Assembly: GCA_964394305.1 (NCBI GenBank)
Contig: CAYMWL010000021.1
Location: 7,196-71,195 of the forward strand
Reading direction: 5' to 3'
Source: an uncultured Pirellulaceae bacterium
GTDB taxonomy: Bacteria; Planctomycetota; Planctomycetia; Pirellulales; Pirellulaceae
Length of the DNA: 64,000 nt
In this document: one piece after another, positions 9,765-19,711 of the stretch
How positions within the stretch are numbered: the stretch's first letter is position 1
Layout: every line of letters starts with the position of its first letter
Notes under the pieces: model-generated
The model's input: the letters and a program-made list of their open reading frames with translations, nothing else
Told to the model about the DNA's origin: nothing
Database searches by the model: none
Translations under genes and position numbers: made by a program

Positions 9765-11252
9765 CTATTCCTTCTTCTCTTGCTTCTTTTTTGCAGGCTG
9801 CTTTTTGTTCTTTCCTTCGTTTTGATAGGTCTTCCACCAGGTAGGGCCTTCGGCTTCGATCTCGGCATTGAGCTTTTTGAGCGCGGCCTGCATTTCAGCA
9901 AATTTGGCTGGCTCTTTGGTGGAGAGGTCCTTCTCTTCCTTTTGATCCGTACTTAAATCATACAATTCGAACTTCGTTAGCGGCTCATCAGCAACAAGCT
10001 TCCAATCGTCAATCCGCATTGCCGTCTTCATTGGCCCCGGGGCAATGACGCACCGCCAATAAAGGGGCCGATCGCGTTTCACCGGCTTATGCTCGAGAGC
10101 GGGTAGCAAATCACCGCCATCGAGGACTCGATCGGTGGGTAACTTTGCGCCGGCGACTTTCACTGCGGTCACAAAAATGTCCGAGCCAATTACCGGAATG
10201 TGGCTGGCCGTGCCTCCAATGACATTTTCGTTTTTCAGGGCTTTAGGCACGCGTACAATGCCCGGTACGCGAATGCCGCCTTCATACACTGCTCGCTTGC
10301 GACCGCGCAAGCCGCCGGTAGAACCGCGGCCGGGAGTTTTCACGCCGTCCCCTTCTGGGCCGTTGTCGGAGGTGAAAATCACCAAGGTATCGTCAGTCAG
10401 CCTCAACTCATCGAGCGTTTTCATCAACTTGCCAAACGCTGCGTCGAGCTGCGAAACATTTGCGTGATGCTCGCGCTGTACGTCGTCCGTCAGATTAGGA
10501 TAGAGCGCCTTGAACTCCGCCGCGGCCTTGATCGGATAGTGAGGCTCATGAGCCCATACCGAAAGTAAAAATGGCTTGGCAGAATTTCGTTTTTCCTTCA
10601 GCCACGTCGCGGCTTCATCGACAATGAGGTGCGATGAGTAGCCTTCGATCTTCCCCACAGATTTGCCGTTGCGTACGAAGTTAGTGGGGTTCTCATGGCT
10701 TGGCGCCGCGTTGTTTTGCGTGGCCAGCCAGTAGTCGTATCCGTGCTCGTTGGGTTGCGGCTGTGTGGGCTGATTGAAATGCGAGTTGAGATGCCACTTA
10801 CCGACGTGGCAAGTTTCGTAGCCCACGTCCTTCAGCAACTTCGGCAGCGTGATCTCGCTGGTTCGCAGATGGATTTCACGGTTTTCCGGAATCCAAGTGA
10901 ACACACCATTGCGGTAGGGCGTGCGACCCGTGAGGATCGCCGAACGCGACGGGCTGCAAACAGCACTCGCCGAGTAACACTGCATCAGCGTTACGCCGCG
11001 TTTAGCAAATTCATTCAGATTCGGCGTTTTGATCAGCGGATGGCCATACAACTCAAGATCGCCGTAACCGAGATCATCGGCAAGTATTAGCACTACATTT
11101 GGCACCCGATCGGTGCGCGGTTTCTGTTCGCAATTTGCCGTACGAACTGACACACAGAGGCAACAGGTGATAAGGATACACGTAGCTAACGAGTGCGTCT
11201 GACCGTCCAAATATTCGGCTGGGAAACGGGGTATTGTTTGGTGAAGGAGCAT
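9765..11252 (-). CDS. Arylsulfatase-family sulfatase
   Basis: PNVVLILADDLGYGDL; CSPSR; GKWHL; TSDNG; YEGGIRVP. Start uncertain; 11252 chosen over 11414. Confidence 0.92.
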   Translation of the reverse strand: MLLHQTIPRFPAEYLDGQTHSLATCILITCCLCVSVRTANCEQKPRTDRVPNVVLILADDLGYGDLELYGHPLIKTPNLNEFAKRGVTLMQCYSASAVCSPSRSAILTGRTPYRNGVFTWIPENREIHLRTSEITLPKLLKDVGYETCHVGKWHLNSHFNQPTQPQPNEHGYDYWLATQNNAAPSHENPTNFVRNGKSVGKIEGYSSHLIVDEAATWLKEKRNSAKPFLLSVWAHEPHYPIKAAAEFKALYPNLTDDVQREHHANVSQLDAAFGKLMKTLDELRLTDDTLVIFTSDNGPEGDGVKTPGRGSTGGLRGRKRAVYEGGIRVPGIVRVPKALKNENVIGGTASHIPVIGSDIFVTAVKVAGAKLPTDRVLDGGDLLPALEHKPVKRDRPLYWRCVIAPGPMKTAMRIDDWKLVADEPLTKFELYDLSTDQKEEKDLSTKEPAKFAEMQAALKKLNAEIEAEGPTWWKTYQNEGKNKKQPAKKKQEKKE

Positions 11253-11526
11253 GAACCACCAACTGGAAAGAAGAGTTGCCGACGAACGAGGGGCAGTATC
11301 CACCGAGAGAATTTGCCGGTCAACACGCTGCCAGGAACGACGAAGCGAATGCCCCTCCCTGACGACAAGGGTGAAAGAGTTCGGGCCCCAGCGATCTAGC
11401 GGCAGCAGAGCCACCCAAGCGACTTAAACAGACTCCATTTTCTAAGATGGCAATTAATCAAATAGTGATCGCCTCGGCACAATGAACCCATAGTTGCAGC
11501 AATTTGTTTATGGCACCGACCGACAC

Positions 11527-12090
11527 TTAACTCGCAAACGCTGCGTTCAAGTCATGCAGGCACTTCCGCTCGGCGTCCGAGATCGCATTGAAGCCCAGAA
11601 TTCCCCCCGCCGCCGCAGCGATTTTTTCGGCCCGGCCCATGATGCCGTCTTGAATCTTTACGGCCAGCACCGGCCCTGCCTTCGCCGTTAATTCCTTGAC
11701 GTACACCTTCCACAAGTCAAGTGCCGCAGCCGAAGGCCGGGCATCTAGCCAGTTCTGCAAAAAGACGTAGAACGGATGATCCTTTTGCACTCCCAAGTCA
11801 AGGGTTGCTTTGAGAATGGCGTTCTTCTCAGCAGCCGAAACCTGTCCATCGCACCAGGCGACTTCGACGAGTGGCAAAATTGCAATCGTTGGCGGCACAT
11901 CAAGCCCCGGGGCCAAGTGGGCCATTTCGTGCTCGGTCAGGCCGAGTGTCACCGCGAGCAAGCGTTTCTTTTCGGCCTCGTTCAATTCACTCCGCAGTTT
12001 CTCGATCAACTGCCGATCGCGTTCAGCAAAGTAAGCATCTTCGAGGCTTTTGCCACGGGCATGCAGGGAATCGAAATCGTGGGCAGACAT
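11527..12090 (-). CDS. Hypothetical protein with TerB-like domain
   Basis: LVEVAWCDGQVSAAEK...I resembles the TerB-like A.aDG.v...E motif; charged N-terminal helix. Confidence 0.6.
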   Translation of the reverse strand: MSAHDFDSLHARGKSLEDAYFAERDRQLIEKLRSELNEAEKKRLLAVTLGLTEHEMAHLAPGLDVPPTIAILPLVEVAWCDGQVSAAEKNAILKATLDLGVQKDHPFYVFLQNWLDARPSAAALDLWKVYVKELTAKAGPVLAVKIQDGIMGRAEKIAAAAGGILGFNAISDAERKCLHDLNAAFAS

Positions 12091-12173
12091 CGGATTATCT
12101 TTCTAGGGAGAGACTCAGTTGCTCAGCAATCAAATTAACCCGCAGACCGGAGCCCGCAAAGTAGGTACTGCCC

Positions 12174-12263
12174 GTAGTCGGAGCACTGCTCCGTCCAGAA
12201 TTGACGCAGACCGAATCTCAACGCTGGCACCCACCACCTGAACGGTGCAGTGCTCCGCTCTAC
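12174..12263. repeat. Inverted doublet of GTAG-type REP-like palindromes
   Basis: GTAGTCGGAGCACTGCTCCG at 12174 and, on the minus strand, GTAGAGCGGAGCACTGCACCGTTC ending at 12263; each is GTAG followed by a short palindrome. Confidence 0.55.
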
Positions 12264-13528
12264 AGCTTCGCCTCAGCCGCCGCGGCGTGTTGCAGTGCCT
12301 CTTCAATTTCCTTTTGCTTTACTCCTTCGCGGCCGTCGTAGCGCAAAAACTTTGGCAACAGCAAAGCCAGCCCAAGGATCGCAACAATGCACAACAACCC
12401 ACCGGAAACAACCGCCTGCTGCACGCCGTACTTCTCAGCCACGATGCCCATCTTCGCGTTCCCCAGCATCGGTCCTGCGAGGTATGAAATCATTTCGATG
12501 CTTGCCAGGCGGCCGCGCAGATAATTCGGAATCGTTTGATTCCAAATCGAGCCGCGAAAAATGCCGGAGATGGCATCGAAAAAACCGGCGAAAATTAAAA
12601 ACGACAATGCCAGCCAAACGTTCCCAGCCCAGCCAAACGCCAGAATGGCGACTCCCCACAACACAGCCGCTGCGGTAATCAGCAAGCCGTGGCGATGCGC
12701 GTGCCTGGCCCAGCCCGACGTCAGACTAGCGAGCAAAGCGCCGGTGGCGATCGCGGCAGGAAAGAGACCGGTGAACTGCTTCCCATAGATTTCCCCAAGC
12801 GCCGGATAAAGCGCCTGCGGCATCGCAAAAAACATCGCGGCAAAATCAACGAGATAAGTGCCGAGCAACTCCTGGCGGCGGAGAGCGTACGACCAGCCTT
12901 GCAAGGTGCCGCGCAGTGTCGGCCGCTCTGCATGTTCGCGACCGGGATCTGCCCGTAGCATAAACACCGCGACGAGTGACGCGAGAAACGTCAGCACGTC
13001 AAAAGCATACGCGGCTATCGCACTATATTGCGTAGCCACAATCGCACCGATAGCCGGACTGATGATCGCGCCCAGGCACCACCGCAACGAATTGAGTGCC
13101 ACCACTGCCGGCATGTGTTCGGCGGGAACGACCTTCTGAATGAACGACTCAAACGCGGGCCGTTGCACGGCCGCAAAGCCTGCATGCAGTGCGACCGCCA
13201 CGAACAACACCCACACCTGCGGCTGCGCGAAGCATGAATTCAGCAGCAGCAAGGCCGTCGCCAGCGTTTGACCGATCTCTGTGACACGCAAAATTTGCCG
13301 GCGATCGAACGCATCCGCGAGCGCGCCGCCGAAGAACGCCAGCAACACCATCGGCACGAACTCGGCGAGATAGATTAAGCCGACCATGCCATCGGATCCG
13401 GTCAGATTGCGCATTTGCACCGGCACGACGATGAAGGTCATCATCGAGCCAAAAAAAGAAATCAACTGCCCAAAGAACAGCAGTCGATAATCGCGCGAAA
13501 CCCGCAGCGGCGTAATGTCGAGAAGCAT
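12260..13528 (-). CDS. MFS transporter (EntS/DHA3-like)
   Basis: About 12 TM segments; GGALADAFDRR motif A; RDYRLLFFGQLIS start; QTIPNYLRGR. Confidence 0.9.
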   Translation of the reverse strand: MLLDITPLRVSRDYRLLFFGQLISFFGSMMTFIVVPVQMRNLTGSDGMVGLIYLAEFVPMVLLAFFGGALADAFDRRQILRVTEIGQTLATALLLLNSCFAQPQVWVLFVAVALHAGFAAVQRPAFESFIQKVVPAEHMPAVVALNSLRWCLGAIISPAIGAIVATQYSAIAAYAFDVLTFLASLVAVFMLRADPGREHAERPTLRGTLQGWSYALRRQELLGTYLVDFAAMFFAMPQALYPALGEIYGKQFTGLFPAAIATGALLASLTSGWARHAHRHGLLITAAAVLWGVAILAFGWAGNVWLALSFLIFAGFFDAISGIFRGSIWNQTIPNYLRGRLASIEMISYLAGPMLGNAKMGIVAEKYGVQQAVVSGGLLCIVAILGLALLLPKFLRYDGREGVKQKEIEEALQHAAAAEAKL

Positions 13529-13737
13529 GCGTTGGTTGCTAAATCAAGGGAGAGTGCCGAGTCGCCTATTGTACTTCTTGCCGCCGAAAAGGTTGCCCGA
13601 CAAGTGAGCCGAGGGCCTAGGAAGTTCTGCGAGTTGATGGTTCATCAACTCGCAGCGTTGCCTTGGCTCACGTGGCGGGCTAACTTCGTGCGCGTCTTCC
13701 GCCCTTTACTGTGCTCAATCCAATCCAAAAGCAATTC

Positions 13738-14154
13738 ATGAAAACCGCGCTACGCTTCATTTTGGCAATCATCGCCGGCTTGTTCGTATTGTTCGTACTA
13801 CTCGTGGCTGTCGAATTATTCAGCGCCGTGGTGCATCCGGTTCCTGCTGACTTCGGTCATACCGAGAAGGAAGTGATTGAGCACGTCGCGCGCTATCCGA
13901 CATGGGTCTTAGCAGTTGCCGCGCCCATGTGGGCGGCGGCCGCGTTTGCCAGCGTTTGGACGGCGCGACACATTGGCAACATCTACGCAGCGGCGATTGT
14001 GGGCCTGCTGCTGCTCGCAGCGCTGGTTTGCAATCTCTCGATGCTGCCTTATCCGCTTTGGTTCAAGGCGGTCTGTTTGCTACTCATTCCTCTGGCGGTG
14101 CTTGCGGGTAGTCGGCTTGGGAAGAGCACTGTCGCTGCCAATACTGCAAATTAA
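13738..14154 (+). CDS. Small hypothetical integral membrane protein
   Basis: About 4 hydrophobic segments; ends NLSMLPYPLWF. ATG at 13738 preferred. Confidence 0.65.
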   Translation: MKTALRFILAIIAGLFVLFVLLVAVELFSAVVHPVPADFGHTEKEVIEHVARYPTWVLAVAAPMWAAAAFASVWTARHIGNIYAAAIVGLLLLAALVCNLSMLPYPLWFKAVCLLLIPLAVLAGSRLGKSTVAANTAN

Positions 14155-14176
14155 ACCTTGGGAGTGCACGTTCAAA

Positions 14177-15193
14177 CTACTCGCGCGGCGCCGCAGCCTT
14201 TTGCAAGCGATCCCAAATCGCCGCATCGTGATTTTGCTTGTCGCGCTCGTGCACGACAAGCAATACCGCGTAGCCCGCATCATCGGCGGCCCGCAATGCA
14301 ATATAAAGTCGCTGCGCTCGAACCACGGGATCGGCAGACAATTTAAACCAATGAGCTTGATGCACATTGGCCGCTTTCGCGACGAGCGGATCGCAGATTA
14401 CGGCGAACCGCTGGCCGGCTTCTTCGCATTGCCTCATTGTTTTCGGCAGTTCGATAGGTTCGATGATCTGCACTTGAGCCTGCGGCGCATAATGGCTTTG
14501 CAAGCGGCCCGAAGCTCGCGTGGCACTGAGCAGCGGATCGCCCAAGTATTCGCCGATGACTGCTTGCATTTGCTCAACGCTGATCGCCCCCGGTCGCAGC
14601 AGGACGGCTTGCTCGCCGGTCAAATCGACGATGGTTGATTCCAGGCCGACTTGCGACGGCCCGCCGTCGAGGATCAGGTCCACACGATCGCCCAATTCCT
14701 GCCGCACGTGCGCTGCCAGTGTCGGGCTGAGTCGGCCGAAGCGATTCGCCGAAGGCGCCGCAATGCCGCGACCAAATTCTTTGAGCAACTGCAACGCGAC
14801 GGGATGATTTGGTACCCGCAGCCCCACGGTTTCCTGCCCGCCAGTCACGACATCGAGCGCTTTCGGGCTCCGTTTCAAAATCATGGTCAGCGGACCGGGC
14901 CAATAACATTCGGCAAGCCGCAATGCGCATTTGGGAATGTTGTACGACCAAGCGTGCATGTCCTGGGCTTCGGCGAGGTGGACAATTACTGGGTGGTCAG
15001 CAGGCCGTCCCTTGGCAGCAAAAATACGGCGGACCGCCGCTTCATTTTCGGCGTCGGCCCCCAATCCATAAACGGTCTCGGTGGGAAACGCCACCAGGCC
15101 GCCTCCGCGTAAAATCTTCGCTGCCGCCGCGATTTGCTCGGCAGAGGGGGCCATTGGCGAAGTGGGCAGCGGCGAATTCGGGGTGGAGTCCAC
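14177..15193 (-). CDS. sua5: L-threonylcarbamoyladenylate synthase (Sua5 type)
   Basis: VAFPTETVYGLGA; KGRP.DHPVIVH; WPGPLT; APSANRFG; GLEST; Sua5 C-terminal domain (SHYAP, RLQKAA). Confidence 0.95.
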   Translation of the reverse strand: MDSTPNSPLPTSPMAPSAEQIAAAAKILRGGGLVAFPTETVYGLGADAENEAAVRRIFAAKGRPADHPVIVHLAEAQDMHAWSYNIPKCALRLAECYWPGPLTMILKRSPKALDVVTGGQETVGLRVPNHPVALQLLKEFGRGIAAPSANRFGRLSPTLAAHVRQELGDRVDLILDGGPSQVGLESTIVDLTGEQAVLLRPGAISVEQMQAVIGEYLGDPLLSATRASGRLQSHYAPQAQVQIIEPIELPKTMRQCEEAGQRFAVICDPLVAKAANVHQAHWFKLSADPVVRAQRLYIALRAADDAGYAVLLVVHERDKQNHDAAIWDRLQKAAAPRE

Positions 15194-15381
15194 GCGAGTT
15201 AGTCAACCTCAAGTAGTGGCTGGATTTAGGTTTCGCACGATTCGTGTTGTCCTCGGCACTGGCGCGCGATAGAATTCGCGCGACTGGTCCTACCATTTAT
15301 CTGGATTACCTGACCCGCAATTTCTACCCCATCGTTGTACGATGCGGCCGAATTCAGCGGGTAAGGGGCGAGGAATCTCGA

Positions 15382-17493
15382 ATGCGACTGCTTTCTGGTG
15401 ACACGACGTTCCAAGCATTTCGTCCGCTTGGTCTGCTGCTTGGCTTAACCGTGCTGGGGGCTTCGTTCGGCAAACCGGCAGTGTTAGCCCAAGCGCCGGC
15501 GACGGTGGCCAAAGCCCCCGTGGCCGCTGCACTGGTGGCCCCGCGGACTACCGACCGTCAGATTACCAAAGCCGTGACGATGCTCGTAGGTGGGCAACAC
15601 CTCTCGAAGCACAAGTTGGATGACGAAATCTCGCAACGAGCTCTCGAGCAGTTCGCCAAGAAGCTCGACGCTATGAAGTTCTACTTCTACCAGTCCGACA
15701 TGGACGAATTCGCCAAGAGTCGCAACGACCTCGACGACATGGTCGGCGCCGGCGATATCTCGTTCGCATACACCGTGTTCAACGTGTTTTTGAAGCGGAT
15801 CGACGAACGGTTGGTCACGGTTGATGAATTGCTCAAGGAAAACCTCGACTTCACGATCGACGAAACGCTGATCACCGATCCCGACAAGTTGACCTATGCC
15901 AAGACTCCCGGCGAGGCCAAGGATCGTTGGCGGAAGCGGATCAAGTATGATTTGCTCACCTTGAAGAACGACAAGACTCTCAAAGGGGAAGATCCCAAGG
16001 CCCGCCTCAAGCGGCGTTATGCCAACTTTGCTCGCCGCATGCATCAGACTGATGCCGACGAGTTGCTGGAAATGTTTCTGACGTCGGTGACTGGTTCATA
16101 CGATCCGCACACCACGTTCATGTCCCCCAGCTCACTGGAAAACTTCCGCATTCTGATGACGCTGAACCTCGACGGCATCGGCGCTCAGTTGGAAGATCGC
16201 GACGGTTACACTGTGCTCAACAAGTTGATCCCCGGCGGTGCTGCCGAGAAAAGCGGCCAATTGAAGGCCGAAGATCGCATCGTCAGCGTTGGGCAGGGCG
16301 ACACCGGCGAAATGGTCGATGTCGTCGAGATGAAATTGAACGATGTCGTTTCCAAGATTCGCGGCAAAGCCGGCACCGTGGTCCGCCTGGGTGTAATTCC
16401 CGCTGCGGGTGGCGAAACAAAGATTGTTCGCATCGTCCGCGCCAAGATCGAACTCAAAGACAGCGAAGCCCGTGGCGTGATCTTTGAAGAAGGAAAGAAG
16501 CAAGACGGTTCGCCGTTCAAGATTGGTGTGATCGATCTCCCGAGCTTCTACATGGATATGGAAGGCGCTCGCGAGGGGCTCGCCGATTTCAAGAGCTCAA
16601 CCCGCGACGTGAAGAAGTTGCTCGACGATTTCAAGAGCAAGGGTGTCGATGTGGTGATGCTGGATCTTCGGCGTAACGGCGGTGGCAGCTTGACCGAAGC
16701 CATCAGCCTGACTGGCCTGTTCATTGACGAAGGCCCGGTAGTGCAAGTGAAGGACCCGAACGGCCGCGTGCAGATCTATGACGACATGGATGCTGGCGTG
16801 TATTGGAAGGGACCGCTTGTCGTGCTGGAAAGCAAGTTCAGCGCTTCGGCCAGCGAAATTCTTGCCGGTGCCATTCAGGATTATCAGCGCGGTTTGATCA
16901 TTGGTGACTCGACCTCGCACGGCAAAGGCACGGTGCAAAGCCTGCTCGATCTGGGCGAAACAATGTTCCGCGTCGGCAATCCGCCGAACCTCGGCGCTTT
17001 GAAGCTCACCATGCAGCAGTTCTATCGCCCCAACGGCGAGAGCACGCAACGTCGCGGTGTGCTGGCCGATGTGGTGTTGCCGTCGATCACCGATCACATG
17101 GACGTCAGCGAAGCTGATCTCGATCATGCGATTGCGTTCGACAAGATCCCGTCGGCCAAGTTCGACAAACTCGATCAGGTCAACCCAGGCCTGGTGAATC
17201 GCCTGAAGGCCGAATCGGCCGCGCGGCGTGAAAAATCGGAAGACTTCAACAAGCTGCAAAGCAACATCACGAAGTACATCGAGCAGAAGACGAAGAAAGA
17301 GATCCCGCTGAACGAAGCTAAGTTCATGGCTCGTCGTGCCGAACTCGATTCGGACAAGGAAGATCAAAAGATCGACGAGAAGCTGAACGATTCGTCGAAG
17401 GTGGTCGACCGCGACTTCTACTTCAACGAGTGCATCGGCATCACGCTCGATTACCTCCGCTCGCTGGGCAAGGACAAAGTTGCCGTGAAGTAA
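15382..17493 (+). CDS. prc: Carboxy-terminal processing (tail-specific) protease
   Basis: YDPHTTFMSP; GIGAQL; PDZ domain; DLRRNGGGSLTEA; catalytic SASASEI and HGKGTVQ. Start 15382 preferred over 15244. Confidence 0.93.
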   Translation: MRLLSGDTTFQAFRPLGLLLGLTVLGASFGKPAVLAQAPATVAKAPVAAALVAPRTTDRQITKAVTMLVGGQHLSKHKLDDEISQRALEQFAKKLDAMKFYFYQSDMDEFAKSRNDLDDMVGAGDISFAYTVFNVFLKRIDERLVTVDELLKENLDFTIDETLITDPDKLTYAKTPGEAKDRWRKRIKYDLLTLKNDKTLKGEDPKARLKRRYANFARRMHQTDADELLEMFLTSVTGSYDPHTTFMSPSSLENFRILMTLNLDGIGAQLEDRDGYTVLNKLIPGGAAEKSGQLKAEDRIVSVGQGDTGEMVDVVEMKLNDVVSKIRGKAGTVVRLGVIPAAGGETKIVRIVRAKIELKDSEARGVIFEEGKKQDGSPFKIGVIDLPSFYMDMEGAREGLADFKSSTRDVKKLLDDFKSKGVDVVMLDLRRNGGGSLTEAISLTGLFIDEGPVVQVKDPNGRVQIYDDMDAGVYWKGPLVVLESKFSASASEILAGAIQDYQRGLIIGDSTSHGKGTVQSLLDLGETMFRVGNPPNLGALKLTMQQFYRPNGESTQRRGVLADVVLPSITDHMDVSEADLDHAIAFDKIPSAKFDKLDQVNPGLVNRLKAESAARREKSEDFNKLQSNITKYIEQKTKKEIPLNEAKFMARRAELDSDKEDQKIDEKLNDSSKVVDRDFYFNECIGITLDYLRSLGKDKVAVK

Positions 17494-17544
17494 TTTCCGC
17501 TGCGAGTCATACGCAGCCGTTGTGGCTGTGTCAGCTACAACCTG

Positions 17545-17588
17545 GCCCCGGTGAGCTCAACGCATCTCGCCGGGGCTTTGTGTTTCGT
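17545..17588 (+). terminator. Rho-independent terminator after prc
   Basis: GCCCCGGTGAG...CTCGCCGGGGC stem followed by TTTGTGTTT. Confidence 0.75.
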
Positions 17589-17759
17589 TAGAACGTTCCT
17601 GCGGAACTTGAAAACACCTTAAGCATTTCGGCAAACGTGCTGCATTCGGCTTCCGGCCAGCACCTTGGCCAAAACGCCTCCGAGACCTAAAATCGCGGGA
17701 TTAGGCTGCAAAAACCGCAGCAGGCGACCTCCAGGCAGTAAGTACGGAAATAGACAACC

Positions 17760-19088
17760 ATGGCCGATGCAAAAAAATCCACCACCAGCCTTTCGGCGCC
17801 CACCAAGCAAGAGTCGCAGTTCAAACGGGTCGGCATTCTGTTCGCCGGCGGCCCGGCTCCCGCCGCAAATGCGGTGATTTCGACGGCCGCCAATTCCTTT
17901 TTGCGAAACGGTACCGAAGTCTACGGCATTCTGTATGGCTATTCAGGGTTGATTGAATACACGCCGGAAAAACCACTGGAAGAAGAAAAGCACTTTCGCA
18001 AACTCACGCCGCAGCACTTGAAGCGGAGTCGCAATTCACAAGGCATCTTGATTGGCACTGCGCGAAGCAATCCCGGCAAGAATATCTCCTCGCCGGCACA
18101 CTTGCATGATCCGCAGTTGAGCGCGCCGTTGCGTCGCGTCTATGAAGGCCTGTGCTCCCTCGGCATCGACGCGCTGATCTCAATTGGCGGCGACGACACG
18201 CTGAAGACGGCCAACAAGTTCAAGATGTATCAGGATACCTTGCCGGCCGGCTCGAAGAAGATTCCGGTGGTGCACCTGCCCAAGACCATCGATAACGACT
18301 ACATGGGCATTGACTTCACATTCGGCTATTTCACTGCCGTCGAAACGCTCGCGGCCGAAATTCGCAACCTGCTGGCCGACGCCGAAGCCTCGAAGTCGTA
18401 CTTCCTAACCGAGACGATGGGCCGCAGCGCCGGTTGGCTTAGTTATGGCGCCGCGATCGCCGGCGAGGCCAGCCTCGTCGTCAGCGTCGAAGACATTATC
18501 GGCAGTTATCGTTTGAAAGAAACCGTCGTCAATCCGAAGACGAATGAGTCCGAAGTTCGCGACATCATGGATGTCGATCGAGTCGTCGCTCGCATCGTCA
18601 AAACGATGATCGCCCGCGAAGAAGAGGGTAAACAATTTGGCGTGATCGTGATGGCCGAAGGGCTGGCGGAGTTGCTGCCACAAAAGTACTTGGAAGGTAT
18701 TCCACGCGACGATCACGGCCACATCTCGATCTCGCACGTCAATCTCGGCCGCATGTTCTCGAAGCTGGTCACCGAAGCTTTCAAAAAGCAAACAGGCCGC
18801 AGCCGGAAGATCACCGGCTTACAGCTCGGGTACGAGTCGCGCTGCGCCCGGCCACACGCGTTCGACGTGATGCTCGGCAGCCAACTGGGCGTCGGCGCCT
18901 ATCGCGCCCTAGTCGAAGAAAAGCTCAACGGCGTCATGGTTTCGGTCGTGGGTCAACTTCAACTGCACTACGTGCCGTTCGAGAAGTTGATCGATAAGGA
19001 AACGCTGGTGACTGTCGTGCGCTACATTGAGACGAGCAGCGATTTTCATCGACTGGCGCGGTTTCTAGAAACGTATGTTGATGAGTAG
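17760..19088 (+). CDS. pfp: 6-phosphofructokinase, PPi-dependent type
   Basis: GGPAPAAN; GGDDT and PKTIDND (Asp/Lys pair typical of PPi-PFK); ETMGRSAGW; GYESR. Confidence 0.88.
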   Translation: MADAKKSTTSLSAPTKQESQFKRVGILFAGGPAPAANAVISTAANSFLRNGTEVYGILYGYSGLIEYTPEKPLEEEKHFRKLTPQHLKRSRNSQGILIGTARSNPGKNISSPAHLHDPQLSAPLRRVYEGLCSLGIDALISIGGDDTLKTANKFKMYQDTLPAGSKKIPVVHLPKTIDNDYMGIDFTFGYFTAVETLAAEIRNLLADAEASKSYFLTETMGRSAGWLSYGAAIAGEASLVVSVEDIIGSYRLKETVVNPKTNESEVRDIMDVDRVVARIVKTMIAREEEGKQFGVIVMAEGLAELLPQKYLEGIPRDDHGHISISHVNLGRMFSKLVTEAFKKQTGRSRKITGLQLGYESRCARPHAFDVMLGSQLGVGAYRALVEEKLNGVMVSVVGQLQLHYVPFEKLIDKETLVTVVRYIETSSDFHRLARFLETYVDE

Positions 19089-19104
19089 AGGCGAGTTCCG
19101 CACC

Positions 19105-19692
19105 CTACAGAGCGCCTTTAGTGCTTGGAATCCCTGGCTGCCGTGGATCCGCTTCTACCGCCATCCGCAATGCTCGCGCTGTGCACTTGAAAATCGCTTC
19201 GCTAATGTGATGTGTATTCCGGCCGTATTGAATATTCACGTGCAGATTGCACAGCGCATTTGCCGCGACCGCTTGCCAGAAGTCTTCGACCAACTCGCTG
19301 TCGAAATCGCCGATCTTCGGGCTCGGCATCGGCGCGTTGAAGACGAGATAATATCGCCCCGATAGATCAATGGCCGTCGTGCAAAGTGTTTCTTCCATCG
19401 GCAACGTGAAGTGACCGTAGCGGCGGATGCCCTTTTTGTCGCCGAGCGCGGTGCGAATGGCCTGGCCGAGGCAGATGCCGACGTCTTCGACGGTATGATG
19501 CGCATCGACATGCAGATCGCCCTTGGCTTGCACGGTCAGGTCCAGCGAACCATGCCGCGCAAGCAATTCCAGCATGTGATCGAAGAAGCCGACGCCGGTG
19601 TTCAGGTTCACCTGGCCACTGCCATCAAGGTTCAAATCGAGGTGGATTTGAGTCTCACGGGTGCTGCGATCAAGAGATGCGGTGCGATCCAT
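19105..19692 (-). CDS. hisB: Imidazoleglycerol-phosphate dehydratase
   Basis: RSTRETQI; GFFDHML; DAHHTVED; [11 protein letters not shown]; IPSTKG. Confidence 0.97.
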   Translation of the reverse strand: MDRTASLDRSTRETQIHLDLNLDGSGQVNLNTGVGFFDHMLELLARHGSLDLTVQAKGDLHVDAHHTVEDVGICLGQAIRTALGDKKGIRRYGHFTLPMEETLCTTAIDLSGRYYLVFNAPMPSPKIGDFDSELVEDFWQAVAANALCNLHVNIQYGRNTHHISEAIFKCTARALRMAVEADPRQPGIPSTKGAL

Positions 19693-19711
19693 TGTTGTCT
19701 TTCGAAAATCA

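Noticed and set aside
9757-9837. Long 5' extensions given by the ORF track (also 11414, 15244, 20821, 31287, 31392, 54857, 57148)
   Set aside because: They overlap neighbouring genes or promoters and bury signal peptides; downstream starts fit better.
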